From the IMG/VR virus record IMGVR_UViG_3300023053_000001, positions 160,001 to 224,000 of that record: DNA of 64,000 bases, one strand, 5' to 3'. The notes below the pieces were generated by a model, which saw only the letters and a list, made by a program, of their open reading frames with translations, was not told the DNA's origin and ran no database searches. Both the position numbers and the translations under genes were made by a program. This DNA is from a virus (taxonomy: Duplodnaviria; Caudoviricetes). Each line of letters starts with the position of its first letter. Position 1 is the stretch's first letter. Positions 56,299-64,000 of this stretch are shown here, piece by piece.

Positions 56299-57423
56299 AT
56301 GCACCCCGTCCACATCGACAATAATTCGACCGCCATCAATGAGCTGGCCGACGTCATCAAGCGCAACTTCGCCGATGCCATGCAGCAGGGCACCTTCGAA
56401 CACGATGACCTCAAGGCCGTCCTGTCGCAGATCCCCACCCACAAGACGCTCACGGTCACCCTGACCAACGACGAGTTCGGTGTCGTGACCATCGGCATGA
56501 TGGAAATGACCCATGATGCCAAGAACTACGACATCGAGAAGTTCCACATCCGTCACAACGAAGAGCTGGTCTACAGCTACGACCGCAATGAAAGTCCGGC
56601 GGTCATCAATCTGATCAACCAGACCTGCGGCTATCCGATGCTGGCTGAGATCATCCCGTTCTTCTACGATGTGGACCTGTCGAAGAACCAGGTACCGAAA
56701 CCGCCGGTTGATGTCGTGGCACTGTTCAGCGACATGCAGGCCAATGCCGTGCGCATCTTGGACATCACCGTCCAGCGCAATGGTCGCAATCCGCTGGCGC
56801 GCCAGCTGAACATCGAAGAAAGCGAGCTGTGGACCACCTTCGGCGATGGCATGTACTGGTACGAGGAGCCGGCCACCGGTGCGATCTACTACGCCGTGCT
56901 GTTCGTCCTGCCGGCTAAGCACGACGTGCCGGCCGGTAATCCGGAAAACGATCGCCTGGCGTTCTTCTTCAAGTATGTCGATCGCAAGCTGACGCTGGCC
57001 GAGATCCGTGTCAACGGTGACGACATCGCCAACGCTGCCGGCAGCTTCAGCGGCTGGATCTTCAGCAACGAAGAGCTGGTCACCGCCTTCTACGAGCGCA
57101 GTGAAGAAATGCGTGCGGACATCGAAGGCGGCGATCCGTGGCCGGACGCCAAGCCGGTGCGCGTGACCATCGAATCCGATGACCCGCATCAGGCGGCCAT
57201 GCTCACCGCGCTGTTGCGTGAAGCCATCCTGTTGCGCGACATGCGCATGACCGAGGGTCAGCGTGAGCGGATCTCGGCTGGCGGTCGTCACGGCATGGAG
57301 ATCCAGGTGCCCGAGCTGTACCGCGAGATCTTCAACACCGAATACGCCCAGAAAGAGCAGACGACCTTGGACCAGGGTCTCGTCGACGTGCGGCCGCTGT
57401 TGGTGCAGATCCGCGTCAAGTAA
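56299..57423 (+). CDS. Hypothetical protein
   Basis: 374 aa with an AAGGA SD and strong codon bias. Confidence 0.8.
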   Translation: MHPVHIDNNSTAINELADVIKRNFADAMQQGTFEHDDLKAVLSQIPTHKTLTVTLTNDEFGVVTIGMMEMTHDAKNYDIEKFHIRHNEELVYSYDRNESPAVINLINQTCGYPMLAEIIPFFYDVDLSKNQVPKPPVDVVALFSDMQANAVRILDITVQRNGRNPLARQLNIEESELWTTFGDGMYWYEEPATGAIYYAVLFVLPAKHDVPAGNPENDRLAFFFKYVDRKLTLAEIRVNGDDIANAAGSFSGWIFSNEELVTAFYERSEEMRADIEGGDPWPDAKPVRVTIESDDPHQAAMLTALLREAILLRDMRMTEGQRERISAGGRHGMEIQVPELYREIFNTEYAQKEQTTLDQGLVDVRPLLVQIRVK

Positions 57424-57501
57424 TTCCCTTTGGCCAAGGATGGCCTCTCCTGCAACACCCTCGTAACACACCTACCCTCAATCAGAGAAAACGAGACACC
57501 C

Positions 57502-57804
57502 ATGGCCAAGTCCACCAAGATCACCCGTCACCATCCGGTCAACGCACTGCTGGGCGATGCCCTGCGCTGTGTGCGCAAGGTGCGTGAATTCCTGAAACCG
57601 AACATGGTACTCACCTACCGCGACGTGGAAAAGCTGCGCAAGGTGAGCAACGAAATCACCAAGACCCGCAACCTGGCGATTTATCGCGCACGCCAGGCCG
57701 GGTTCACGGTGAAGGAGGTGGCTGAGATGTTCGAGTTGACCGCAGCACGGGTCAGCCAGATCATCAAGGCACACCCCCACAGCGCCTCCCGCAAGGGAGA
57801 GTGA
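57502..57804 (+). CDS. Helix-turn-helix DNA-binding protein (Mor / sigma region 4-like)
   Basis: RNLAIYRARQAGFTVKEVAEMFELTAARVSQII is a classic HTH. The protein is basic, 100 aa. Confidence 0.75.
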   Translation: MAKSTKITRHHPVNALLGDALRCVRKVREFLKPNMVLTYRDVEKLRKVSNEITKTRNLAIYRARQAGFTVKEVAEMFELTAARVSQIIKAHPHSASRKGE

Positions 57805-57849
57805 TCCACTGGGCCTAGGAATGGGCCCTTTACCAAAGCAGGAAATCTG

Positions 57850-58299
57850 ATGAAGAGCTACGTCTCCTACGTTGGTCCCACGAGCATGATGGCGGTCGGT
57901 AACGACCCCAGTTCGACGGGGCACGCAATCGGTCTTTACTTCACCCTCCCGGCTCCGGTCGAGGAAGGCGAAGATCCGGCACCGCCGGCCTTCTGTGGCG
58001 TGAACTACGTCCTGGGCGGTGATGGCCTGATGGTCGATGAAGTGTTGCAGAGTCTGCTGGCCAAACTGATCAGCCTGGAGGGTCCGTACATCGACCCGGC
58101 AGTGGTGCTCGGTATGGACCAGGACTTCTACGACCAACTGGCTTCGCAGGATCTGTCGGTGAGTGATGCCGGCCTGACCCGTGCGTTCTTCGGCCTGCCG
58201 ACCCATGTGGTCGACGGCAAGCTGGTCTTCGATACTGAATCTGAAGCTTGGGCCGCACTGCTCGAGAACAATCAGATCGAACTCACCCGCGCGCCGTAA
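57850..58299 (+). CDS. Hypothetical acidic protein
   Basis: 149 aa with an AGGA SD. Confidence 0.75.
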   Translation: MKSYVSYVGPTSMMAVGNDPSSTGHAIGLYFTLPAPVEEGEDPAPPAFCGVNYVLGGDGLMVDEVLQSLLAKLISLEGPYIDPAVVLGMDQDFYDQLASQDLSVSDAGLTRAFFGLPTHVVDGKLVFDTESEAWAALLENNQIELTRAP

Positions 58300-58308
58300 A
58301 GCAACACC

Positions 58309-58334
58309 GGCCCGGTTACTTCGGTAGCCGGGCC
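58309..58334 (+). terminator. UUCG hairpin
   Basis: GGCCCGGTTAC-TTCG-GTAGCCGGGCC followed by a pyrimidine run. Confidence 0.65.
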
Positions 58335-58386
58335 TCCTTCCCCCATTTAGTCATTTCTCCTTTCCTCTACCTACAAGGTGACTACC

Positions 58387-58893
58387 ATGCAACTGACCAT
58401 CTCCCGCCCGACCCGTTCCATTGGCCGTTTCTTCTCCAGCCTCTTCGCTCCGGAACGCGACAACCTGGTGCTGCGCAATGAGCGCCACCTGGAAGTCTCC
58501 CGTCGCCTGTACAAGTGCTCCGAGCTGGCTCACAAGCCGGTTTGGGAACTGCTGGCCAGCGATCCCCATTTCCATGCCGCCCTGCCGGTGGCTAACGTCC
58601 CGTACCTGATGCGTGTGGTCATCACCGCCGATGAGGTGCGTGCCAACTTCTACCGCTGCGAGATGGAACCGATCGGTGAGCCGGTCTACGACGTGCGCTG
58701 GCGCAACAATGGCGAGCTGGGCTTCATGGTCGGCCCCAACGACAAGGTCGAGCCGCTGGTCCGCGATCGTCGCGGCCTGTACGTGGACCTGTACGAGCCG
58801 GAGATCAGCTACCGTCGTTTCCTGACGGTGGAGGAGATCGCCCAGGTCGCCACGTTCACCCAGTCCCAACTCCTCACCTTCGACAAGGCCTGA
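58387..58893 (+). CDS. Hypothetical protein
   Basis: 168 aa with an AAGGTG SD. Confidence 0.8.
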   Translation: MQLTISRPTRSIGRFFSSLFAPERDNLVLRNERHLEVSRRLYKCSELAHKPVWELLASDPHFHAALPVANVPYLMRVVITADEVRANFYRCEMEPIGEPVYDVRWRNNGELGFMVGPNDKVEPLVRDRRGLYVDLYEPEISYRRFLTVEEIAQVATFTQSQLLTFDKA

Positions 58894-58896
58894 ATC

Positions 58897-59964
58897 ATGT
58901 CCAGTTCCTATATCAAGCGTCGTCCTTTCCACATTGTGGTCCGCGGTACCCGTAACGGTAAAGTTGTGGCCCGCACCCGTCTGCGCGGCTACGTCAAAGC
59001 AAGTGCCACGCGCGAGTTCGAAAGGCTGTGCCGGCTGGCGCAAAACGTGGATGCATTCAAAACCACCTCGAAGTACGGTCCGGTTCGCATCGAACTGTAC
59101 GAGGGTCCGTCGTCGGCGCGTCACAACAAGCGACTGATCGCCATGGCCGGTGACTTCGGAGCGCCGAAGATCGTGGACTATCTGGGTCTGCTCCGTCCGA
59201 AGTCCGACATGCACGTTGCGGACATTCTGCCGGGTCTGGAGAATGGCGTTCTGGGCCTCGATCCGCGCAACGCTGAATTCGATGGTTCGGTGTTGGACAA
59301 TATCCCGTTCTTCGAACACGGGCGCGACTTCGACGGCGATGCGTTGAACAGTGGTCAAGACGACTTCACCATCGACGTCGGTGAAATCAGTCAGGCTGAA
59401 CATCGCGAAGTGATTCGCAAGATGCTCACTGAAGACCCGGAGGGCCCGGCACCGAAACCCCGTCGCCCCCAGCCGATTCGACTGGCATCGGACTTCGAAC
59501 TGGCCGCTTGGGCGGGCGCGCTCAGTGATGGCGTCAGCTCCTCGCGGAAGCAGATGTTCGCCGGACATATCGCCCAGCGTCTCGCGGTGCCGCTGACCCC
59601 GGGCGAGTTGAACGTCATTCAGGCCACGGGTCGTCAGGAACGCCAGCGCAGCTTCATCAATCACGCGCTGACTCCGTTCGGGGTCATCCTCAAGACCGTC
59701 GACGAATCCTCGGTCGATAAGGTCGACATCAACAGCGCCGAGATGCGTGACCTGATCTACTCCCACTACGAAAAGCAGAATCCGGATGTGGAACGTGCCC
59801 GGTTCGATGATGCTTACGAAAAGTGGTTGGCTCAGCGCGACCGCGACGTGGAACTGGCAGTTACCCGCTCCCCGCTGATGCGCCCCAGTACCATGGACAA
59901 GATCCGCCACAACTGCGAAGACCCCAAAACAGTTCATCCGCTCGCGTTGATCTGGAAGGACTGA
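58897..59964 (+). CDS. Hypothetical protein with a basic N-terminal domain
   Basis: 355 aa with an Arg/Lys-rich first 70 aa. Confidence 0.8.
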   Translation: MSSSYIKRRPFHIVVRGTRNGKVVARTRLRGYVKASATREFERLCRLAQNVDAFKTTSKYGPVRIELYEGPSSARHNKRLIAMAGDFGAPKIVDYLGLLRPKSDMHVADILPGLENGVLGLDPRNAEFDGSVLDNIPFFEHGRDFDGDALNSGQDDFTIDVGEISQAEHREVIRKMLTEDPEGPAPKPRRPQPIRLASDFELAAWAGALSDGVSSSRKQMFAGHIAQRLAVPLTPGELNVIQATGRQERQRSFINHALTPFGVILKTVDESSVDKVDINSAEMRDLIYSHYEKQNPDVERARFDDAYEKWLAQRDRDVELAVTRSPLMRPSTMDKIRHNCEDPKTVHPLALIWKD

Positions 59965-59975
59965 AGTAATTCACT

Positions 59976-60018
59976 GGCGGGGAGCGTAACGGCACTCCCC
60001 GTCTTTTATCCACGCCGT
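59976..60018 (+). promoter_or_regulatory. Hairpin with an AACGGCA loop (possible pseudoknot), copy 1
   Basis: GGCGGGGAG-cgtaacggca-CTCCCCGTC. The loop ACGGC is complementary to GCCGT at 60014-60018. Confidence 0.5.
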
Positions 60019-60043
60019 CCCTACTGAAGAGAGTAAACTGACT

Positions 60044-60916
60044 ATGAACACCGAACAATCGATGCACGTGAACTACACCCCGCGCAACGCTGCGATCCCC
60101 CGGACCGCTGACATGTACACCGGCAACGATGGCACCCCGTTCTACGTGGTGTTGCTCCACGACTTCGGCCAACCGCTGGAGTATGTGGACGACTTCGCCA
60201 TCCGGCTGGAACAGCTGCGTGAAATGACTCGTGGCCTGGAAGGGAAACTGTACTACCACGTGACCGCTCAGCTGGATGGTCAGCAGTTCTGCGTCTATGA
60301 CAAAGAAAAGCACATTCTGGAAGCGCGCGACTTCAGCTACCGGACACTGATGCCCGAAAGCGTCTGGCACGTCTCCGCCTCCAAGATCATCCGCTCCGTG
60401 CTGGAGAACGGCGTGGAGCGCAAGAAGGTCTGGCAGCTGTACCAGAACCAGAGCGCCCATCAGGTCTGGGAGTGCACCTACAACGAACATGCACGCGATC
60501 CGCTGTACCTGCGTCAGGGGAGCATCCCCGTTGATGCACAGCAGTTCCTGCGTGAAGTGTACAAGCAGGTGAACAGCAACACCAAGCTCAATAACCAAGA
60601 TCGCAACATCCTGCTGTGGTCGCTGCAGTCCTGGGACCTGTTCGACGGCAACATGAACCGTCAGTTCACCGCCGATGAAATCACCGAGCTGAGCGCACAC
60701 ATCGGCAAGCTGCAACACCTGCATCACGAAGCAAATCCCGTCTTCGCGCAGTGGTTGTTCGAACGACTGGACTTCCTGACACCGGCCGGTGTCGACCATT
60801 CGCTCTCCAACTGGGTCGGTGCCTACACCAAGATCCCTGACCCGGCGGGCTGGACCACCCTCCTACGTAACGCTTACACCCGCAATCTTCCGATCGTGGG
60901 GCGTTATGTTGCCTAA
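60044..60916 (+). CDS. Hypothetical protein, paralog family B
   Basis: 290 aa. The C-terminal FT..E...L...L..LH..A.P...LF..LDFLT is shared with 61784-62713. Confidence 0.8.
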   Translation: MNTEQSMHVNYTPRNAAIPRTADMYTGNDGTPFYVVLLHDFGQPLEYVDDFAIRLEQLREMTRGLEGKLYYHVTAQLDGQQFCVYDKEKHILEARDFSYRTLMPESVWHVSASKIIRSVLENGVERKKVWQLYQNQSAHQVWECTYNEHARDPLYLRQGSIPVDAQQFLREVYKQVNSNTKLNNQDRNILLWSLQSWDLFDGNMNRQFTADEITELSAHIGKLQHLHHEANPVFAQWLFERLDFLTPAGVDHSLSNWVGAYTKIPDPAGWTTLLRNAYTRNLPIVGRYVA

Positions 60917-60938
60917 ATTCCTGAGGAGGAATTCCAAA

Positions 60939-61496
60939 ATGCGCAAGACCCTCATGCCGCCACCGAGCGACTATGTTTACATCAACAACGCCACCTGTCC
61001 GAGGCGCCCCGATCGTGGGACGCAGTACCGGATCGAGTTGGCCGGTGTCGAAGCCCAGATTCTCCATCGTGAAGGGCTGATGGTGAAGTTCCTGCGGCTG
61101 GACGACAACCATCTCCTCGACCCCCATTGGGTTGAAGGCGGGCATCCGCGCCTGGGCTACTCGTGGGAGCAGCGCCTGCCGGACAAGGCAACGCTGGAAG
61201 CCTTCCACAAGCGCATGCAGCGCGACGTGCCCGGTCTGCACTACATGATCCTCAGCGTGGATGGGACTGTAGTGCGCCATCAGGCGTTGGCTTCTTCCCG
61301 CAACACGCTGGCCAAGAAGATCACGCTGGGCCAGATGCGGGTGGGTTACTTCGGACTGACTTCCCTCCAGCAGAAGAACGCCATTCGTGGCGTGAATCAT
61401 CTGGCCACTGATGCGATCCTGGACGTACCGCCTGGGTTGGCCGATTCGAAGGTGGTGGAACAGTACAAGCTCCCGCAGGAGAAGGCTGATGCGTAA
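60939..61496 (+). CDS. Hypothetical protein
   Basis: 185 aa from the ATG at 60939 (GAGGAGG SD). Confidence 0.75.
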   Translation: MRKTLMPPPSDYVYINNATCPRRPDRGTQYRIELAGVEAQILHREGLMVKFLRLDDNHLLDPHWVEGGHPRLGYSWEQRLPDKATLEAFHKRMQRDVPGLHYMILSVDGTVVRHQALASSRNTLAKKITLGQMRVGYFGLTSLQQKNAIRGVNHLATDAILDVPPGLADSKVVEQYKLPQEKADA

Positions 61497-61707
61497 GTTC
61501 CTCATCGCGGCAGCACTCATGGCCAGTCTGACGGGCTGTGTGCGCATCTTCAGCGAGGAGCAGCTCACGGCAGCCGTCGCTGATTGCAAGGCGCAGGGCG
61601 GTCAGGAGATCCTGCGTACCATCAACCGCAACCCGGCTCAGGTGGCACGGGTGGATTGCCGCGTTGGCGATCGCACCCACCGTTATCTGCCGACCAAGGA
61701 AGACTGA
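61489..61707 (+). CDS. Small lipoprotein
   Basis: MRKFLIAAALMASLTGC lipobox, 72 aa, two further Cys, AGGAG SD. Confidence 0.85.
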   Translation: MRKFLIAAALMASLTGCVRIFSEEQLTAAVADCKAQGGQEILRTINRNPAQVARVDCRVGDRTHRYLPTKED

Positions 61708-61714
61708 TTCACCG

Positions 61715-61766
61715 ATGGGCAGGGAGAACAACGGCACTCCCTGCCCATTTTCACTTCTATGCCGTT
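61715..61766 (+). promoter_or_regulatory. Hairpin with an AACGGCA loop (possible pseudoknot), copy 2
   Basis: ATGGGCAGGGAG-aacaacggca-CTCCCTGCCCAT. The loop AACGGCA is complementary to TGCCGTT at 61760-61766. Confidence 0.55.
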
Positions 61767-61783
61767 CCTTCAGAGAGATTGAC

Positions 61784-62713
61784 ATGAACCACGTTAACGA
61801 ATTCACCCCGGCCGCCATTCCGATGAACGCTGACGATGTGACCAACTCGATCATGCAGCTGACCGGAGACTACGGTCCCATTCCGGAATCTCCGGAACAG
61901 ATGGCCGCGCTGCGCGAAGCCATCGCTGAGACGGTTGAAGATTTCGATGGCCTGATCTACCACCTCATCAAAGGCAATCCCGTCCGTGATGGCATGATCT
62001 TCGGCCGTGCTTCGATGCACGCGGTGTACATCGCTGAAAATAAGGCGATGCGCGTAATGCTCTCTCACATGGGGTCCTTCAACCCGGAATCGGATTGGAT
62101 GGTTACCCCTGACGAGATCCACTGCCGCGTTTTCCGTGGCGATGACATCATCGCTAAGCGCTGGACGCCTTTCCGCAATCCGGACGGCTCCACGTCGTGG
62201 GAGGTGACCTACAACGAACATCCGGCACATCCCACGCACATGGGCGGTGGCCGCATGCCCAAGACGGCCGCTCATTTCCTCAAGGAATTGGCCGCACAGC
62301 TCTACAGTAATCGCGTGCTGGGTAAAATCAGGGACGAAAAGCTCAACGATCGACAGACCCTAAGGTCTGATGTGGCTGAATACGAAATCGAGAATTACGT
62401 GTCGGCGTTGGATCAATGGCAACTCAACGGTGCAATGCAACCCCCACGCACCTTCACCGATGCGGAGATGGATCGTTTGACCAAGCTTGCTAATCGCTTG
62501 CGCTTTCTCCACAACTGCGCCGATCCGAATGCCCTGAAGACCCTGTTCGCTGAACTGGACTTCTTGACCTGGCCGGCGACTCCCCTGCTCAGTGAACTGC
62601 TGGGTGAGTTGAACGTACCCCTGCGCGAGCGCAGCGTGCGTGCCAATAGCAGGCACAGCAACCGACTGGTACGGTCAGTGTCCTTCAACGATCACTACGG
62701 TTACCGTAGCTGA
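61784..62713 (+). CDS. Hypothetical protein, paralog family B
   Basis: 309 aa from the ATG at 61784. It shares its C-terminal domain with 60044-60916. Confidence 0.8.
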   Translation: MNHVNEFTPAAIPMNADDVTNSIMQLTGDYGPIPESPEQMAALREAIAETVEDFDGLIYHLIKGNPVRDGMIFGRASMHAVYIAENKAMRVMLSHMGSFNPESDWMVTPDEIHCRVFRGDDIIAKRWTPFRNPDGSTSWEVTYNEHPAHPTHMGGGRMPKTAAHFLKELAAQLYSNRVLGKIRDEKLNDRQTLRSDVAEYEIENYVSALDQWQLNGAMQPPRTFTDAEMDRLTKLANRLRFLHNCADPNALKTLFAELDFLTWPATPLLSELLGELNVPLRERSVRANSRHSNRLVRSVSFNDHYGYRS

Positions 62714-62756
62714 CATAAACCCCTCCCAGCCGCAATGGCTGGGAGGGGCCCTATGC
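62712..62756. terminator. Bidirectional GACATA-hairpin-TATGC element
   Basis: CCCCTCCCAGCC-gcaat-GGCTGGGAGGGG, near-identical in design to 8009-8056. Confidence 0.85.
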
Positions 62757-62768
62757 TTTTTCTTTTCG

Positions 62769-63596
62769 TTACTTGCCGCCACCCATCACCTGACGCAGAT
62801 GACGGTTGCGCGAATGGAAGTCGTCCAGCATCTGAACCTTGATCCAGACTTCTTCACGGTAGGTCTCGTAGTTCTCGTTGGCGTCGGCGTAACCGTCGAC
62901 GATTTCCTTGAACCGACCCAGATCCATACCACCGCGCATTTCACCTTCAGCGATGGGGATCACCAGCTCGTTGTAGATGTGCGCCTTGACGGCGTACTCC
63001 ACCAGCTTGGTGAACTTGGAAACGGTCATCGAGCGCATGTGCGAGAAGTCGATGTCATTTTCTACCATGCACATCAATTGCATGGTAGAGGGCAGGATCG
63101 ACTGGTCGGCAATCATCACCGTGTTCTCAGCGATCAGCTGCACGCGAGCAGTGGACTGCACCGGCATGGAGGTGTGCGAAGCCACCACCTGTCCACCCGC
63201 AGACAACATATCCGAGTAGTTGGACATGCCGTAGTTGTAGGACGAAGGCAGCGTCTCCAGACCGATCATCACCGACAGGGCGCGTACAATGCGCCGGTTC
63301 TGCGTGCGATCCATCGGAATGCGCACCACGATCGTGGCCTGGTTGTAATACTCCTGCTCCAAACCGGACAGGGGCACTACCACCAGCGTACCGCCGGTCA
63401 TGTTGCTATCTTCCATGACGCGAGCTTCCACGATCTTCTCGCGGATCATCGCATCCAGACTGAGCGCATTGCGACTCTGGGCGAACTGGAACAGGTTGGG
63501 GCCGAAGTTCTGATCCATGAACGCGACCTGCAAGATCTGCGGCGGGATCAAACGCTTGACATCAGCGATGGCCTTTTGAACGGGGGTCATGGTCAT
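62769..63596 (-). CDS. Conserved phiKZ-like virion structural protein (possible neck/head-completion protein)
   Basis: About 275 aa with IPPQILQVAF, EYAVKAHIYN and GRFKEIVDGYADANENY motifs. The start is uncertain (63590, 63596 or 63608). Confidence 0.65.
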   Translation of the reverse strand: MTMTPVQKAIADVKRLIPPQILQVAFMDQNFGPNLFQFAQSRNALSLDAMIREKIVEARVMEDSNMTGGTLVVVPLSGLEQEYYNQATIVVRIPMDRTQNRRIVRALSVMIGLETLPSSYNYGMSNYSDMLSAGGQVVASHTSMPVQSTARVQLIAENTVMIADQSILPSTMQLMCMVENDIDFSHMRSMTVSKFTKLVEYAVKAHIYNELVIPIAEGEMRGGMDLGRFKEIVDGYADANENYETYREEVWIKVQMLDDFHSRNRHLRQVMGGGK

Positions 63597-63650
63597 GGCG
63601 TACACCAAAGGAATTGTCTCATAGCTTTGAGGTGAATCTTCAGCTATTTG

Positions 63651-63668
63651 TTTTCATCCACACATTAC
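63651..63668 (+). promoter_or_regulatory. Putative phage early promoter TTTTCATCCACACATTAC
   Basis: 17/18 match to 29402-29419. Confidence 0.6.
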
Positions 63669-63724
63669 CCATGGTAAGGCGAACCATGATGATGTAGAGG
63701 ACTATCCATTCAAGGGGGAAGTTG

Positions 63725-64000
63725 ATGAGCGCTATCAAACAAACTGGTTTGCCCGTCAACTACGGGTGGTATACCAGCCAGCAGCACAATTACAAGCCGC
63801 GTGATGTCAGCCTGGAGATCCACGAAGAGCTGGCCCGCGCGATCCTGTCCAACGACGATGTCTTCATGAAGATGGCCGCCGACGCTGAGTCGGGTCTGAC
63901 CGTCAGCATCCAAGTGGGTCGTGACACGTTGCACATGAGCGTGTACACCGGCGATGAGCTGTTCAGTCGCCAGCGCTGCACCGAGCGTGACCTCAGTAAG
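63725..64000 (+). CDS. Hypothetical protein (3' truncated)
   Basis: AAGGGGG SD followed by MSAIKQTGLPVNYGW..., open to the window end. Confidence 0.7.
   Translation, partial: MSAIKQTGLPVNYGWYTSQQHNYKPRDVSLEIHEELARAILSNDDVFMKMAADAESGLTVSIQVGRDTLHMSVYTGDELFSRQRCTERDLSK

Noticed and set aside
4857-63665. CACAT pentamer in several intergenic regions (4857, 29410, 33658, 41868, 51601, 52138, 63661)
   Set aside because: It is too short to separate from chance by eye. Only the 18-mer pair is reported.
1-64000. CRISPR-like or other tandem repeat array, reverse transcriptase
   Set aside because: All intergenic gaps are under about 250 bp and I saw no regularly spaced direct repeats. No ORF has RT-like YxDD motifs in the right context. 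The hairpin family is dispersed, not arrayed.
1-64000. Stop-codon reassignment
   Set aside because: Core genes are intact under the standard code, and TAA, TGA and TAG all occur as apparent stops.

Overview
This window is part of a high-GC (visually about 55-60%) phiKZ-like jumbo phage genome (Chimalliviridae-type). It is not bacterial chromosome. Core modules are a 5'-truncated UvsX/RecA-like recombinase, tRNA-Leu(CAA), and four split subunits of the virion-packaged multisubunit RNA polymerase (beta-N, beta-C, the catalytic DFDGD beta' piece, and a probable beta'-C). The structural core includes a 2484-aa tape-measure-like protein with a GH19 muramidase domain, the prohead protease, tail tube, tail sheath, three baseplate/structural genes and the terminase large subunit. 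Two accessory regions (about 28.6-38.5 kb and 51.7-62.7 kb) hold a membrane-anchored Bcs1-like AAA+ ATPase, a GNAT, a DUF488-like protein, a second AAA ATPase, two lipoproteins, an HTH protein and several paralog families. The best leads are: (1) a mitochondrial-Bcs1-like translocase homolog directly behind a repeated early-promoter-like 18-mer; (2) about 15 GC-rich intergenic hairpins followed by TATGCC(GT)/TATGTC, often instead of a U-tract; (3) an H-type-pseudoknot-like 5' element repeated in front of two paralogous genes; (4) a shared C-terminal P-x-S-A-x-W tail on the protease and its neighbour. I saw no CRISPR array, reverse transcriptase, integrase, transposon, intron or intein. Family assignments come from motif recognition and recalled phiKZ/SPN3US gene order, not from database searches.
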